Shown here piece by piece: positions 39,986 to 53,279 of a DNA stretch of 64,000 bases. The notes beneath the pieces are model-generated. The model was given only the letters and a program-made list of their open reading frames with translations, was not told the origin of the DNA and searched no databases. A program made the position numbers and the translations under genes. Numbering within the stretch: the first letter of the stretch is position 1; every line of letters starts with the position of its first letter. Source of the stretch: Lytechinus pictus (lineage: Eukaryota); NCBI RefSeq assembly GCF_037042905.1, contig NC_087255.1, forward strand, positions 5,146,001 through 5,210,000. The letters run 5' to 3'.

Positions 39986-41758
39986 TAACCCAAAATAATC
40001 AATTTTCCTCATTTTAACACAGAATTGTACTAAATCAATATAAAAACAAAATAATTAGATAATACAAAATCGTAATTCTTAAGTAATGCTTGACTGAGCT
40101 GAATGTTCAAAGAATGCGATGGAAGAGAAATAAAACTGCATTAATGTGAAGTAAATAGTGATTATGTACAAAACGGAAAATATGATATAATGATAATATT
40201 TTTATCATTATCATTTTATTATTATCTAAAGCTAAAAGCTGAATTTTCAGTTCGATCGCTTCTCTCGCTCAAAAATAAAATTGGACCTTTTAAGGATCTA
40301 ATTAACATGTAAAGTTTACATCCCCTCATGTTCTCTTTTAAGTAATATTACTGCCTTCGGCAGCATTATTTAATTTACCTTGGAAGTAGGCATAAAGTTA
40401 TACACAACTTATTTGTCCCTTTGTATCCAAACGTTGGTACCTAAAATTTATTTGGCGTTTAAGAATTGTTTAAGAATTGTGTAAGAAAACAATTATTGCA
40501 GAGATAATGATATCTATTTTTATCATTATTGTTATTACTATTATTATTATTATCGTCATCATCATCATTGTTACGTTCAGGAGGAATCAAATCTTGTTTC
40601 ACGGTAAAATGAGGACTTTTCGATATCTTAGATATCATTTGATAAAAGACAAAAAGAAAATGAGTGACTGGCGTCATCGGTTTTATCATTTATGTACTGA
40701 CCATAATAGTTCACTGAAATTAAGCGATCTGTTACGTCATAATTTTCTTATGTTATATCATATTGACGATGTAACAGAACAATAACCAACAATCAATAAT
40801 AGGAACATAAGCATAAAAAGGCGGGGGGAAATGAAGTAAACGCAGTTTGGATCTGATATTTATGTGTCTCTATCAAACAATTTATAAACTTAGCTTTCCC
40901 GGTACACATCAAAATATTAGGGAAACATTTCAGAAAATATGCAAATTAATCTAAAGGTAACCAATGAACTGGAAAAGAAGATAGAACAACCCTGTAACTA
41001 AAATGTAAACAACTCAATTCATTGAAATAATCAATGAGAAGGAACGAATTGGATGATAATGCAGTGAGGTATGTTCAACATGTTCAAGAAAAGAACCAGA
41101 TGTGAAGACGGAAAGAATGAGAGCATCTGAATAGGGAAGTATTGAGGATGAAAATGAGAAGTAGGACAGTGGTTGATGCAAAATGATGAAAAAATAACAA
41201 ACGTATATCTATTGAAAACTGAACTAAACAACATACCAAACTGATGTGAACGGAATACCTGACTTAACTGAATACTTAAACAATCGAACAGCTAAATGTA
41301 CAAAGAACTTTACCACATCAAGGATAGCTCTTTGATAGGATGGACATGACCTTTGAAAGATGGATTTTGCTTTTATTTTTAAGCCTTGACGGGATCAGAG
41401 CACAATCATGGACACAAGACACGGTGTAGGGCCTACACCACACCGCATCAGGTATGACTGTATGATGTCGGATCTTCTACAGCAATCGAACCACTCCTAC
41501 ATAGTGTTTCCATTCTCCTGCTGTCGTACCGGGCGGTCTTGGGAGAGGTGATGCCAGGTGCCCGGTCTGCAGCTAGCAGCTGCTCTCAAAAATCATCAAG
41601 TTTCGATCTTGCCCTGAAATGACAGTTCTTGTCACAGTCATCAGGATCATGTGAAACACCGCGTGGGTCGTAAGAGGGAAACACCCCCTTCTCGAATAAT
41701 TTGCTGTTTTAAAAGTATAAGTATTTGCACCTTATGGGACCCGCGAGCACTGTCTTAT

Positions 41759-41807
41759 CAAGGAGATATCACCTGGAGATATCACCTCTAGAGGTGATAT
41801 CTCCTTG
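41759..41807. mobile_element. 49-bp inverted-repeat micro-element with 7-bp TSD (P-like footprint)
   Basis: GTCTTAT|CAAGGAGATATCACCT-GGAGATATCACCT-CTAG-AGGTGATATCTCCTTG|GTCTTTT. Confidence 0.7.
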
Positions 41808-43045
41808 GTCTTTTACTTCGTTTCTAAATATTTATGTTTTCAAGGGCTGGTCTATTTATCTTCTATTTTATTTATACATGTAGTTTTATACATTTATATA
41901 CACATTCTATCGTATTTATATTTTTTGTCGTTTAATTATATAATACCCTTATTATTTAAATTGACAAAAAGTGACGTCACGTTATCCCCCCCCCCCCCCC
42001 CCCCCCGCATCGGGATATGCTTGCGCCGACCCTGCGTATATAAGAATCACGATGCTCCTGCACCGGGTCGACGTCAAAAACCAAATCCGAAATTCTGAGA
42101 AAAAAAATAGGAGATGAATTAGTCCCAAAATCTTTAGATACAAATTAATTCGACCTTCATTGAATCAAGCGATCCAGTTTCGAAATTGATACATTTTTGT
42201 TCTCTGTCACTCAGCCCGCTCTAGTCATGATAGTCAGTGCTTGTTGTTCACTGCAACCATGCCTATGGGGAATCTACATATAGATCTCCATTTATGCAGT
42301 ACACAACACCATCTTGAAAAATATCTTTAAAATATCACTTTTTTTACCAAAAATACTTATTTCCATATAGTTGTGATTTATTTTTCATTAGCTACTTTGG
42401 TATCTTTTTTTATTATGTGCGCTCAAAAACTGTAATTTTGAGCATTTTTGTGTAGCCCATACTTGGTGGAAAGTAAAATTGCAAGAAAATTGTCATTTCA
42501 CAACCTTTTACTTTTTAATAAAAAAATAATTAAAAGAATTCGATTTACTCCGGAGCCACGTTATGATGAATAGTTGTACTGGAGACTGACAGTGTAAAAA
42601 AAATCAAGCAATTGTCCCCAAGAAGAAGGGAAAATAAGCCCAAAATTGCCAACCTTATTTCCCCACACAGGGAGTCCTAGTAACAGAGAACAAGGTTATG
42701 TCATTACCTTGTTCATTGAATGAGTGATTTTTCTTGCGACTGTTTAGGTTCCCAGAGCAAATTTAGAGATGGCGGGGAAAAACACGGTAAGAAGAGAAAT
42801 AGTTGAAAGGATATAAAAGAGAAGATGTGTTGAAAAAAAATATCTGTACGTAAATGCATTTCATTTAGAAATAAATTATTGTCCCCCACTTATTATTGGA
42901 AATTCTCCCTGATTTTTGGTACAATTCACTGAGATAAATAATCATATACCTCGATTTCCCAGTGGGAATATAGAAAAAAAAATGACCTGTGTTTATGACC
43001 TCATGAAAAACATTCTCTTTGGGAAAAAGCACTCTTAAAGATATA

Positions 43046-43253
43046 CACTCTTAAAAAGTACTGGCAAAAATAACTGTTAGTATGATGTCCGACCGAAAAT
43101 GATAATAATATTCAACTAAAAGTTAATATTCTAACCAATAATTTGATTAATTTTGACGATCTGTGTGTGTGGGTGTGTATGTGTGTGAGGGTGTGTGTGG
43201 GTGGGTGGGTCAGACACATTCATATTCACGAAAATATTGGCTATTAAAGAGTG
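43046..43253. mobile_element. Degenerate CAC-terminal MITE containing a (GT)n tract
   Basis: TA|CACTCTTAA ... TTAAAGAGTG|TA. Confidence 0.5.
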
Positions 43254-43844
43254 TATGCTTTTGAAAAACGATAATACAGGACGATACAACAATCATATTG
43301 AGACTGAAGGCCTCGTTCAAATCCACCTGTTTGAGTCTAGTGTTTCAGACATAGAAATACAAACGAATGGCTGCGCACTCAATATATAGGCCTACAGGTA
43401 AAACCCTCGGGCAAGTTAAATTACATTCAAATTAAACCCGCTAAATCAATATTTTTATCGATAATCTCATGAATGGGGTCATGCTATCGAAAGTTTCCCT
43501 AATATGTTGGAACAATTCTTGCATCTGTTTTTCATTTTGAGCATTTTCCTAAATATTATGAGAACTCTCCGATAAATTTTGCTATATAACAAAGGAATAT
43601 TGAATAAAGGTTGAAAACATTTTGTAAAGAGATTGTCGATGCTGGATTGAAGGGTTTTTTCACCTGCAAGGTTACTTGTACTTTTAAATATGTTAGCATG
43701 GTGATGATAGGTTGCTGACATCTGATGAGAGGTGACAATGTTCGAGATAAATTTCTTTAACTTCCATTCTTGGTCTAACCTGGGTAAATATTTTTGGATA
43801 GCATTGGTAAATACGGGATATTGTTATTAGCATTATTAGCATTC

Positions 43845-43850
43845 TCATTA

Positions 43851-43885
<35 letters not shown>

Positions 43886-44002
43886 ATATGTAATAATATG
43901 TACATGTATTTCATGTAAGATTTTATGTATACTTATTTTTAAAGATGGTAAATAAATTGAACTGAATTAAAAATTGACTATTACTATTATTAGTATTATA
44001 TT

Positions 44003-44039
<37 letters not shown>

Positions 44040-44161
44040 ATATGTAATAATATGTACATGTATTTCATGTAAGATTTTATGTATACTTATTTTTAAAGAT
44101 GGTAAATAAATTGAACTGAATTAAAAATTGACTATTACTATTATTAGTATTATATTAAGTG

Positions 44162-44190
<29 letters not shown>
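43845..44190. repeat. Near-perfect 154-bp tandem duplication bounded by (ATT)n tracts
   Basis: TATGTAATAATATGTACATGTATTTC... at 43887 and 44041. Confidence 0.93.
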
Positions 44191-44192
<2 letters not shown>

Positions 44193-47100
44193 ACTCCTAT
44201 TTTCTTGACCTACAAATCCCTGGAGTCTTTTTTTTCATTTTCAAAAGCTTCATTTGAAATGATCAACCTTACTAAAGGTATTTTGTGATTTTAATTGTAA
44301 TATCTAATCACCTTAAAATGTACTTATTCAACTATTCAACTATTTAGTGACCTTATAGTTCAATTGATTCGTTTAATACTTGTCACGTAATCTCTTTTTA
44401 AAAGGGGTGAAATTTCAATCGCTTTTCACTTCCCTTGGTAATGAGGTCTCAAGGATCACTCAATGTGGATTGAGTTTAGAGTGAACATAATTTCACCCAA
44501 GAGTAATATTCACTCAACAACAATTAAAAGTCTGTTTAATCCAGTTAATTTTATCCACTTCCTCTCATGAGTGAATTATTCACTCGGTTTTCCAAGAGAG
44601 TAAATCATACAATTATTTGTCAGAAAAAGATAATAATAATTTATTAATTTATTGCACTTGGCGAATATTGATACAAAAATGAAATGATCTTCATTTAAAA
44701 ACCTGGGAAAAATACACCCGGGAAGTCGTCCCTCGTTAAGATCTATTTTTTCTTGTTTCTTTTCATTTTCAACTTTTACTTCCAATTTCATTTTCTGGAT
44801 GCTTCTCACCTGTCTCATTTAGTGTAAAATATCATATTCTATCACTGATGCTGAACTCATTTGACTTCTAAACCTATATTGTTTTGACGAGTCGATAGCA
44901 AGATTATAACCCTAGGCGGTGAACCTCTGTCCGCTTTTTGACCTGCTAACTTCACCCAAATCAAGCTTGTCAGAAAAGGAAGTCTAATGGTATCTCTGAC
45001 GGTAAAACATGCCAGAAGAAATGAAATATATGAAATGTGAACGACCGAATAAGAAGTTGTAGAAATATAGGGTTAAGAGTAGTTTGGATTATTATTGTTA
45101 AAATGCACCTATTTCGAAAGGAATCGGCTGAATAATTGATCTGTTTAGATTGAAATTTTTATATCGCTTTTTTTATTTATAACTCCAACCAAAATATATT
45201 CAACGCATTTGAATTAAACATCCCCTATTCACCCAGCTGCCTGCCTGCATTTTCAGTCCGTTTTACCTTCATCCTAAACATGTCCATTTCTCTCAAGTTG
45301 TTTTCTCTCACCTATATATTTTCGACTGTTAAACAGTGGTTCCAGTGTTTCCCCTGACTTCATCTACCAATAACACTCATTTCTTTCTATCTTTTTGTAG
45401 ATTCTTCAAGCTCTCACCTATTGCCTTTCTTTCATGTGTTTTCATTGTGTTATTTCCATTTTTACTCTCTGATTGCCCGGTGAAACTTTACTGGACGAAT
45501 ATGCTGTGATTTGCCCACGACGGCAAACGGCACGTCCAATCTTGCCAAATATGACAATTTCCACAACGTGTCCCCGGTGGCTCTGGATCTGAAGCAAGAC
45601 ATAATTACAATCTCCTCTACTGCGCCCTCCAAGTATCTCATTATTTACACGTAAGTGTCGCACATGATTCTTATCCTCACACTTCTTCCACTGCTAATTG
45701 TTTATATAGCGATCCTGCTCCTCCTCGGCCGCTTTTGCTTTGAGCGTACCGCGTCCGCCAAGGCGGCTACGCCCGTGCGCAATTTTCGTTCGCTTGGAGG
45801 CGCGACGCACTGCAGCGCGTCTATCCGGGAAAAATTTGTTGAAAAGGTGCCGCGCCGAGCGAGGGCCCGGCAAAGAAAAGATGCGCTCGCTTCTCTGTAC
45901 GGTTTGCTTTAATTACAAATGAAAACAATCTAACAAAAGCAACATTTTCTGTATAAATGCCGACTGCGCCACGCTCGATTAGCACAAGTCACATCAGTAT
46001 GTTGACGAAAAAGGAGTCACAGATTGCACTTTTATTCTCGGCCGAGATAGAAGAAAAGAATAAGATAGCGAGAGAAAGAGAGCGAAGGGGAGATGATATG
46101 AACTTTCCTTTCGATCGTACTCTGTTGTTACAGCTTAGTGCTTGAAAAAATGCCGAAAACCGTCTCTTATTGATCGGTTGGTCTCTATAAGCATTCATTT
46201 TTTCTTCTTTCCTGCAACAATAAAAAATAGAAATGATAGAATGTTTGAGTTAACATTTCGAAGATGGTTGACTTTTCTGAAGTGCGGTCAAAGGCCTAAG
46301 GAATAAATAACAAGAGTTAACAGAACCCTAAATCACACTTTTTTAAGGGTATGATGAGAGGGTGGGAGCTCATCTGACCTTTTGGTTTTGTCGTAGTTTT
46401 TATTGATAATTCACTTCCAAACATTCATAATCTGTAAGAAAAAGAATCACAGGAAATCTAATAAATTAATTGCAGCTGGGCAGATACATAACAAAAAAAC
46501 ATTACAGAATACAATATTCCAATGAGTTTGCAGCTGAGCAAGTAGTCTAAGATTTTTCAAAATATAACACAACAATGTGTGCACAGATAAGCAATAAAAT
46601 GAAATAAGCAAAATATATGTAATAAACTGTAATGAGTAAATGCATTATGCACCCCCTCCCCCTCCCTGGCCCATGCAAGAGCAGAGCCAGACTCTGAAAA
46701 CAAACAGTCAGTCCGCAAGCCCCTGTGTTAATGAGCAAATGAGCAAGATTTATCAAAGTCCTCTCGTGGCTGAATTCATGTCCCTGCAAAATCTCGTGAA
46801 TTGTGAGACTTTCTTTCTCAAAGAATTTAACCACTTTCTCCTTGAGTAATATTGATTATTTTTGTACCATGGGCAAGAGTAAATGTTACCCTTTTATATT
46901 GGTCATTTCTTTTGAATGAAATATTTTGATAAATAAGTGATTTTTTTACCTGAAAAGATGCATCAAACAGAATTTTCTTCCTCTGTTTTCACTTGCAAAT
47001 TGTGCAACATTTTGTGTTTTAGGCACCAACATTATTTATATCATCAGAAAGCTCAAACTCTATACTTTCTTACAATGTCACTCTTGATATGTGGCATCTT

Positions 47101-47224
47101 TTAGATGGGTCAGCAGCCAGTTATTTCCATCAAGATGCAAGACGAGATTTCTGAAATTTCTGTGACTGTAATATGACTTTGGTAATATGAAGTATTATCT
47201 TTATCTTGCATCGGCTTTCGCAGT

Positions 47225-47460
47225 CCATCCCTCCTTTTGTTTATTCCCTCCTCCCGTCTCTCTATCCCTTCTGCCAATCCTTATCCCCACACCCCCCTGC
47301 ACTCCCTCCTACTCTCTCTCTCCCCTCCTCCTCCTCTCTATATCGATCCTACGATTCGTTATCCCAATCCCCTCTCTCCCTCCCTCCCTCCTTCCCCTCT
47401 CTATTACCAATATCCCCCTTCTCTCTCCCTCATCCTTCACCCGTCCTTCTCTTCTACTTT
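47225..47460. repeat. Pyrimidine-rich (CT/CCT) low-complexity tract
   Basis: Direct reading. Confidence 0.8.
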
Positions 47461-47723
47461 GTGTGTCTATCGCATCCGTCATGATTTGTCATATGTAATT
47501 GAAGAGCTATAATATAATTTAATACCTCATTCCATCTTTCTAGATCCCACACCCTCCAATATTCTTTGCAACAGGGGGCGGGGCAGGATGACTGTCTCTA
47601 TTTTTGAAAGAGTGAATTAAAAAAAAGAGGGGGAAAGGTCAGAAAGAATGAAAGTATCGAGAGTAGAGGCTTGACCGTCTTGCTCATTAAGTTAATACCT
47701 ATATAACCTAGTCGAGAAAAATA

Positions 47724-47935
47724 CACACTTAAAATTTTGGACAACATACTGTCCACTGTGTTGGGTAATGTATGTTGGTAAAAAATAGATTCTGGGCAAT
47801 TATCATCCAAAAATTGAGTAAATTATTAGTTTTTATTACCCAATTTGGGCAGATTTCAACCAATAGTTGTGTGGACAGTATGTTGCCCAGGGTTGGTTAA
47901 AAGTTGGGCATTTTTGCCCAACTATTTTAAGAGTG
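47724..47935. mobile_element. CAC-terminal MITE, TA TSD
   Basis: TA|CACACTTAAAAT ... ATTTTAAGAGTG|TA. Internal IR CAACATACTGTCCAC / GTGGACAGTATGTTG. Confidence 0.85.
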
Positions 47936-49088
47936 TATGACGTCAAAGTTAGGTTGTCTCCCCTCCCCCACTGGCATAAATCCAAGCGGTGAACCTATAA
48001 TCGTTCAGGGGGGTTGATCTATTATGTCATCCCCCACTTGAATAGTGTGACGTCACGGATTAACGCCAGTGCCCCCCTCCCCCATTGAAATATCCCGGCG
48101 CCGCCCCTGCCCCCCCCCCCCTCAATCAGTAAAACAAAAAGAGTGGATAAAGACGAGGAGAGAGTTACTCCAATCATTCTTAAGGCATCGGCGTCTAAGC
48201 TTGAGTAGACGTTTGTTTTTCTGCCCGGTATCAGTCTATTTGTTGTCACGGAGGGTTGGCATCGCTTCCTCCCGCTCTCGCTCCGATACTCTTTCACTTC
48301 CTCCACCGTTTCAGTTCGCCAGCCTCACTCTGTCTTGAGATGATGGATTGGGATGGTCCAGGATTTGACAATATTTGACAGTCAGATTTTTCTCTCTTGG
48401 ATTTTTTCAGCGAGTCATGGTAAATAAATCAGAAGGAGGCACGCCAACAGTATCACGGAGAGAAGGGAGTCTCTGTAACGTTTTAACTTAAAACATGCAA
48501 CTGCCACAAAGTTTTTGATTTGCGCACCGTTGTACGCCTGAAGCCCACTATATAGAGCAGCAATTTCTGTGCAGGCTTAGAGTTAAAGACAGTCATGCAA
48601 AAGGTGTTGCCAGGATTTTTTTAAAGATGGGAGACGACTGAAAAATGACTTTTTATTTTTCAATTTAATAATAAAGGTATATGTTGTATTCTAATACCTC
48701 TATGACCTCTATTCCCATACTTGTTTTCTTCTTATTATTAGGCAGCTCGGAGTTGTTGTTCCCTCATTAAGACAGTCCTGGCGAGAAAAAATAAGCCTTG
48801 AAGTTACATCTTTCTTATACATATTTTTAGTCCACATTTACATGACATTGTTATCTTAAGTGGGAGTGTACGATAATTGTTTATCTTTCATAATCATACA
48901 TTAAAATATTCCGTCATATTACTTAACAATCGTTATAAACTTGTATTCATAAATTTTTACAAATATTGTACAACAAAATGTGATTTTATAAATGCAATAC
49001 AAGCCTATTGAATTCATTTCTTTTCTCTACACACTTTATGAAATAAAATATACGACCTACTCTAAAAACACATCAAGACATGAATAGA

Positions 49089-49270
49089 GATTGGTTGGTT
49101 GATTTTATTTGGCAAGTCACCATAACATATACAGTAGCATTAAAACAACAGGCTTGCACAGGATGACCCACAAAAGCTCGAAAGCTTATTCCCAGTGGGG
49201 TCCTCGACATACAGAATTAAGATAATAAAATGGTAAAATTATACTATTTACATATTAAAAAAGTGAAGAA
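49089..49270 (-). mobile_element. LINE (CR1/L2-type) 3'-end remnant
   Basis: Minus strand ends AAATAAAATCAACCAACCAATC. Stem-loop GACCCAC-AAGCT(CGAA)AGCTT-GTGGGGTC at 49165-49202. Confidence 0.6.
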
Positions 49271-49334
49271 AAAAAAATCAGAATTTACTATTACCAATTA
49301 ATAAGATATATAGATAATATATACAAGAATATAA

Positions 49335-49530
49335 CGAAGAAGAAGAAGAAAAGAAGGAGGAGGAATAGAAGAAGAAAGGGGAGGAGGAGGAGAAGAAGAC
49401 GGAAGAAAAGGATGAGGAAGAAAAATAATAAGGAGAAGAACAACAGCAAAAACGGCGACAACAATAACAACACGAAGAGGAGAATAGAAGGAAGAGATCA
49501 AAGAAATCGAAAGAATAGAAGAAAGGACAT
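49335..49530. repeat. (GAA/GAG)n purine-rich tract
   Basis: Direct reading. Confidence 0.85.
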
Positions 49531-52334
49531 ATCGAAGCTTCAATCAAACTATGTAAAATGAATAATAATACCTGGTAGAGAAGAGAAAAGAACGTGGTCA
49601 GTATTCAGGCTACATCAGCCGTATAACATATCATTTGCATCTTCTCTTTGACTCTCAAGTGAAAGATAATTTCTTACTATCACGAGATATATGACTTCAA
49701 TCTTTGAATCAGAAGTAACATCCAGGATTCTTAATTTGGGGGAACAGGTCGTTGATGGATTTGTTAATTGTCTCCATGACAAATTTGACAAACAAGCTTA
49801 AAAGTCTTTACCCCTAAAAAAAGAATGCATTTCCATGGTCACTTATTCGTTTCAAGAAGGGGACGCAAAAGGGTTAAACTCGCCATCACAGAGCTGTACT
49901 TGTGTACAATTTTGGCAACAAGAAAAAGAGGGAACATGCCCCTTATGACCCCTGGATCCAAAGAGAGCGATCCATTTTGTACCTCAATGAACATCCAAAG
50001 GTCCGAGAAATTAATGATTTTGACGCCGCTGGCCCTGTGTGTTTCCCCTAATCAAATCAGAATCAGATTAGCCGATAACGGGGTACCAACTGACCAACGA
50101 AACTTTCTTTGTGACAGTCTAATCTTTGCTTATTGCTACACTATATATTATCGCACTCAATCGAAATTAGACTATTTATCTTTAATCACGTGGACCTCAT
50201 AGGCGTTACTGGGGGTGTCGCACTATTAGGTAAATAGGTTGCACAGGGTCTTAGGTACAAGTAATTGAAATCTAATTTTTATCAATGAGCGTAGACTATA
50301 TACAGTGAGACGCAGATCAAAGTTAGGAGTAATTTTCCGAAGAACTTGTATCACAATAGTTCAAATTTTTGTCTGCGTAGTTTCGTGGGTGATTATGGAA
50401 AAATTTCTATCTTGGGTAGATGAAGGCGTGTGTAGGTGCGTACGGGGAGAAATATGTACGTGTGTAAGGGCTTGTGTGTAACTGTGGGTATGTTTATATA
50501 GGTGGGCGAAGTGAACGGTGTGCGCGGTGTTTATAATGTGTGGGTGTGTTCGGGTACGGGTGTGTTTATGTGTGAGTGAAAGTGTTAGGTATGTTAATGG
50601 AAGGAGAGAGGAGGGAGAAGGGGAGCTCAAGAAGTTTCTTTTACTTAGTCGTATCAAAATCGGGTTTTATTCATACTTTATACATACTTATGAATAGTTA
50701 ACTCTAACGTGGATTCGCATCGAGTTTGGAGACTGCAATCTATCGATTTAGGCTGTTACTTGTTTCTAGAATGATATTGGGGTTCGAATGGGTAATAGAT
50801 TTTTGTATACGTACCGGAAATTTAATCGTTATTGACGGTACATGCATTATCATTTCGTAAATACACCTTATTTCATTATCAGCATGAGATATGAACTCAT
50901 TCGTTAAATCATGGTACACTGCAAAAACACTTTTAACGCCAAGTTACGTCATCAAAACAGGTTTGATAATTTTTCTTTTAACACAACTGGGCTTTTATCA
51001 ACACCGTTTGGTGTAATGATAGGGTGTTATTTTAACACCTTAAGTTGCCGCCCTTTCTTTACACCGGCGTACAGGAAGGTAAACACACGAAGATCGATCT
51101 GCGCATGCTTACAGTTTCTAAAAGTATATAATATCGAGTTCGCCGAGATGGAATTTCTAATGTTCTGTATATCTTTCTAAATCTCCATAATAATCAATGA
51201 AGCATCGTTTAATGAAGGTGAAGTCAAAGTATTGATATACCATGATATAAGAGGGGTAGCGGAAGTAATACAAAAGCAAAGAAGTAAATAAGACTAAATA
51301 AAAGAACAAATATATACATATAGGATAGATGGACAAAGAGAAGGGGACAGAATGGATGGACACAGAGAGAAAGGGGAACAGAGGGGACGAGAGAGAAGGG
51401 GGAGAGATGGGTTGATATAGCGAGAGGGCAAGGATTGTTCTAAATCCTATTAATCGTAATTAGTCACGTGTCTATCAGTGCCCAATCACACCCCGCGGGA
51501 GGACTAGCAATGATCAAGCGAGAGAGCAATGGACTTGAACGTTGGCCCTTTTCTCTTTTTTTTCTCTCTCTCTCTCGTCCTGTTGCTCCGCTTGGTGAAA
51601 TCCAATTTGGCCCCATACCCGGAGACCGGTGGGCGCAGTATTTATGTTAATAGTATAGCAATCGAGTCTCTCACCGCGGACATGTCATACCGGTTCAACA
51701 CTCAACTCATCCTAATCATAAAAGAGAGGAGGTGATAGCTCGTATCATGGGCTTTAAAGGATGTAGAAATTAAGGGGTAAGCGGGGATGGTGCGGGGTGC
51801 CCCCCCCCCCGCCCCGCCTTGTGATTACGATGAGAGCTCATTAGACCTTAAACAGGTAGACCATATCCAGATAATTGTGTTCTTTCCAAATTCAACCAGG
51901 TTTGCCTCAGTATCCACCCTTGGAGCCGACTTCATCTGTTCATAAACTTTACTTCCCTCAGCAACAGCCACCCCTCTCTGCACTGGTATAACTGGATACG
52001 CCCTTGTCGTAATTAACGAGCCATATCACAACTCCCATGTATTGGACAAGGCAAAGTGGTCAAGTTTCCAGGGTATATCACTTTGGCTGGTATCGAGTGG
52101 GGGGCTTTGGGGCGTTCTCCTAGGAGGAGGGCGGGTTGATGATGAAGTGAGGTAATTAATTTAAGTTAGACGCGTACCAGTCATTTCGATGCTTAATTCG
52201 TGGTAAGTTCAGGGTGGTAGCTGGTATGCTCGGATGAAATCAGTTGCTCCAGGATAATTTGGGGGCAAGTTCGCCGCGAAGTTGAATCATTTTTATTATA
52301 CAGAATATGGGGTGTTGTATAGCTACGAGACCTG

Positions 52335-52478
52335 GGGCCCGTTGCAGAAAGGGTTGCGTTTAAACGCAAGTCAAAATATCAAGCGCAAGTCCTGATTGCG
52401 GGTGCTTCATTGGCTGAAAATCAAGTTGCGCGAGATTTTTGAGTTGCGTTTGATTGCAACTCTTTCTGCAACGGGCCC
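52335..52478. mobile_element. Harbinger-like MITE (144 bp), same family as 29179-29323
   Basis: CTG|GGGCCCGTTGCAGAAAG ... CTTTCTGCAACGGGCCC|CAG. The interior is colinear with the 29179 copy. Confidence 0.9.
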
Positions 52479-53078
52479 CAGTTCATTTGTTGTTTTACTC
52501 TTACTATTTTCTAATTACTTTCTTTCTACTTACTAATTTCTCTTTTTTCACAATCATTTGATTACTATTTACAACTTGTCATTTATTTAAACGTACTAGC
52601 TCCTCATATAGATACCTTTCTTCAGGTTCCACAGATACCTTTCTTCTATCTAAATTATATATCATAATTTGTCTACAAAATTTTTTGTATATATCTTTAT
52701 ATGTTAATTATCATTGATGTTTTGTATCGTAAATATTTGTTATGTATGAAAACCGATTTGTATCAATATTTATGTCATTACTTATACTGTTGGAAATAAA
52801 TCTAAATCTGAATATCTGGATAGATATTTGTAGAGAGAGTGGAAGTTTAAGGGCAGGAGAGTCCAGTTAAAGTGCAAAGAAGGGTACAGAGAAACACACG
52901 AGAAACGCAGAGTGCCCACTCGCACATCCACTTAGGATATGAAAGAGAGAACGCACACACCCTCCCACATAGGGAAAGATACATATACTGTACATTCTCA
53001 CGAGTGTCCGCACAAACAACCACATAGGAAACAAGAGAAAGAATGAATTTGGGGCCCGCTCTCAATTCAACAATTTTA

Positions 53079-53213
53079 NNNNNNNNNNNNNNNNNNNNNN
53101 NNNNNNNNNNNNNNNNNNNNNNNNNNNNNNNNNNNNNNNNNNNNNNNNNNNNNNNNNNNNNNNNNNNNNNNNNNNNNNNNNNNNNNNNNNNNNNNNNNNN
53201 NNNNNNNNNNNNN
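53079..53213. other. Assembly gap (135 N)
   Basis: Run of n characters. Confidence 1.
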
Positions 53214-53279
53214 GTAATACTAGTGTAAATACTCTATTGTTATTGTTTTGGGGGTTTTACCTCATGACAATGTATATCA

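Noticed and set aside
41395-41455. Frame reading EHNHGHKTRCR, superficially like DM-domain NHG/GHK
   Set aside because: Wrong spacing, missing cysteines, and it lies downstream of the DMA exon.
42198-42693. 15-bp inverted repeat TTGTTCTCTGT(C/T)ACT ~500 bp apart
   Set aside because: Probably an old MITE, but the termini and TSD could not be defined.
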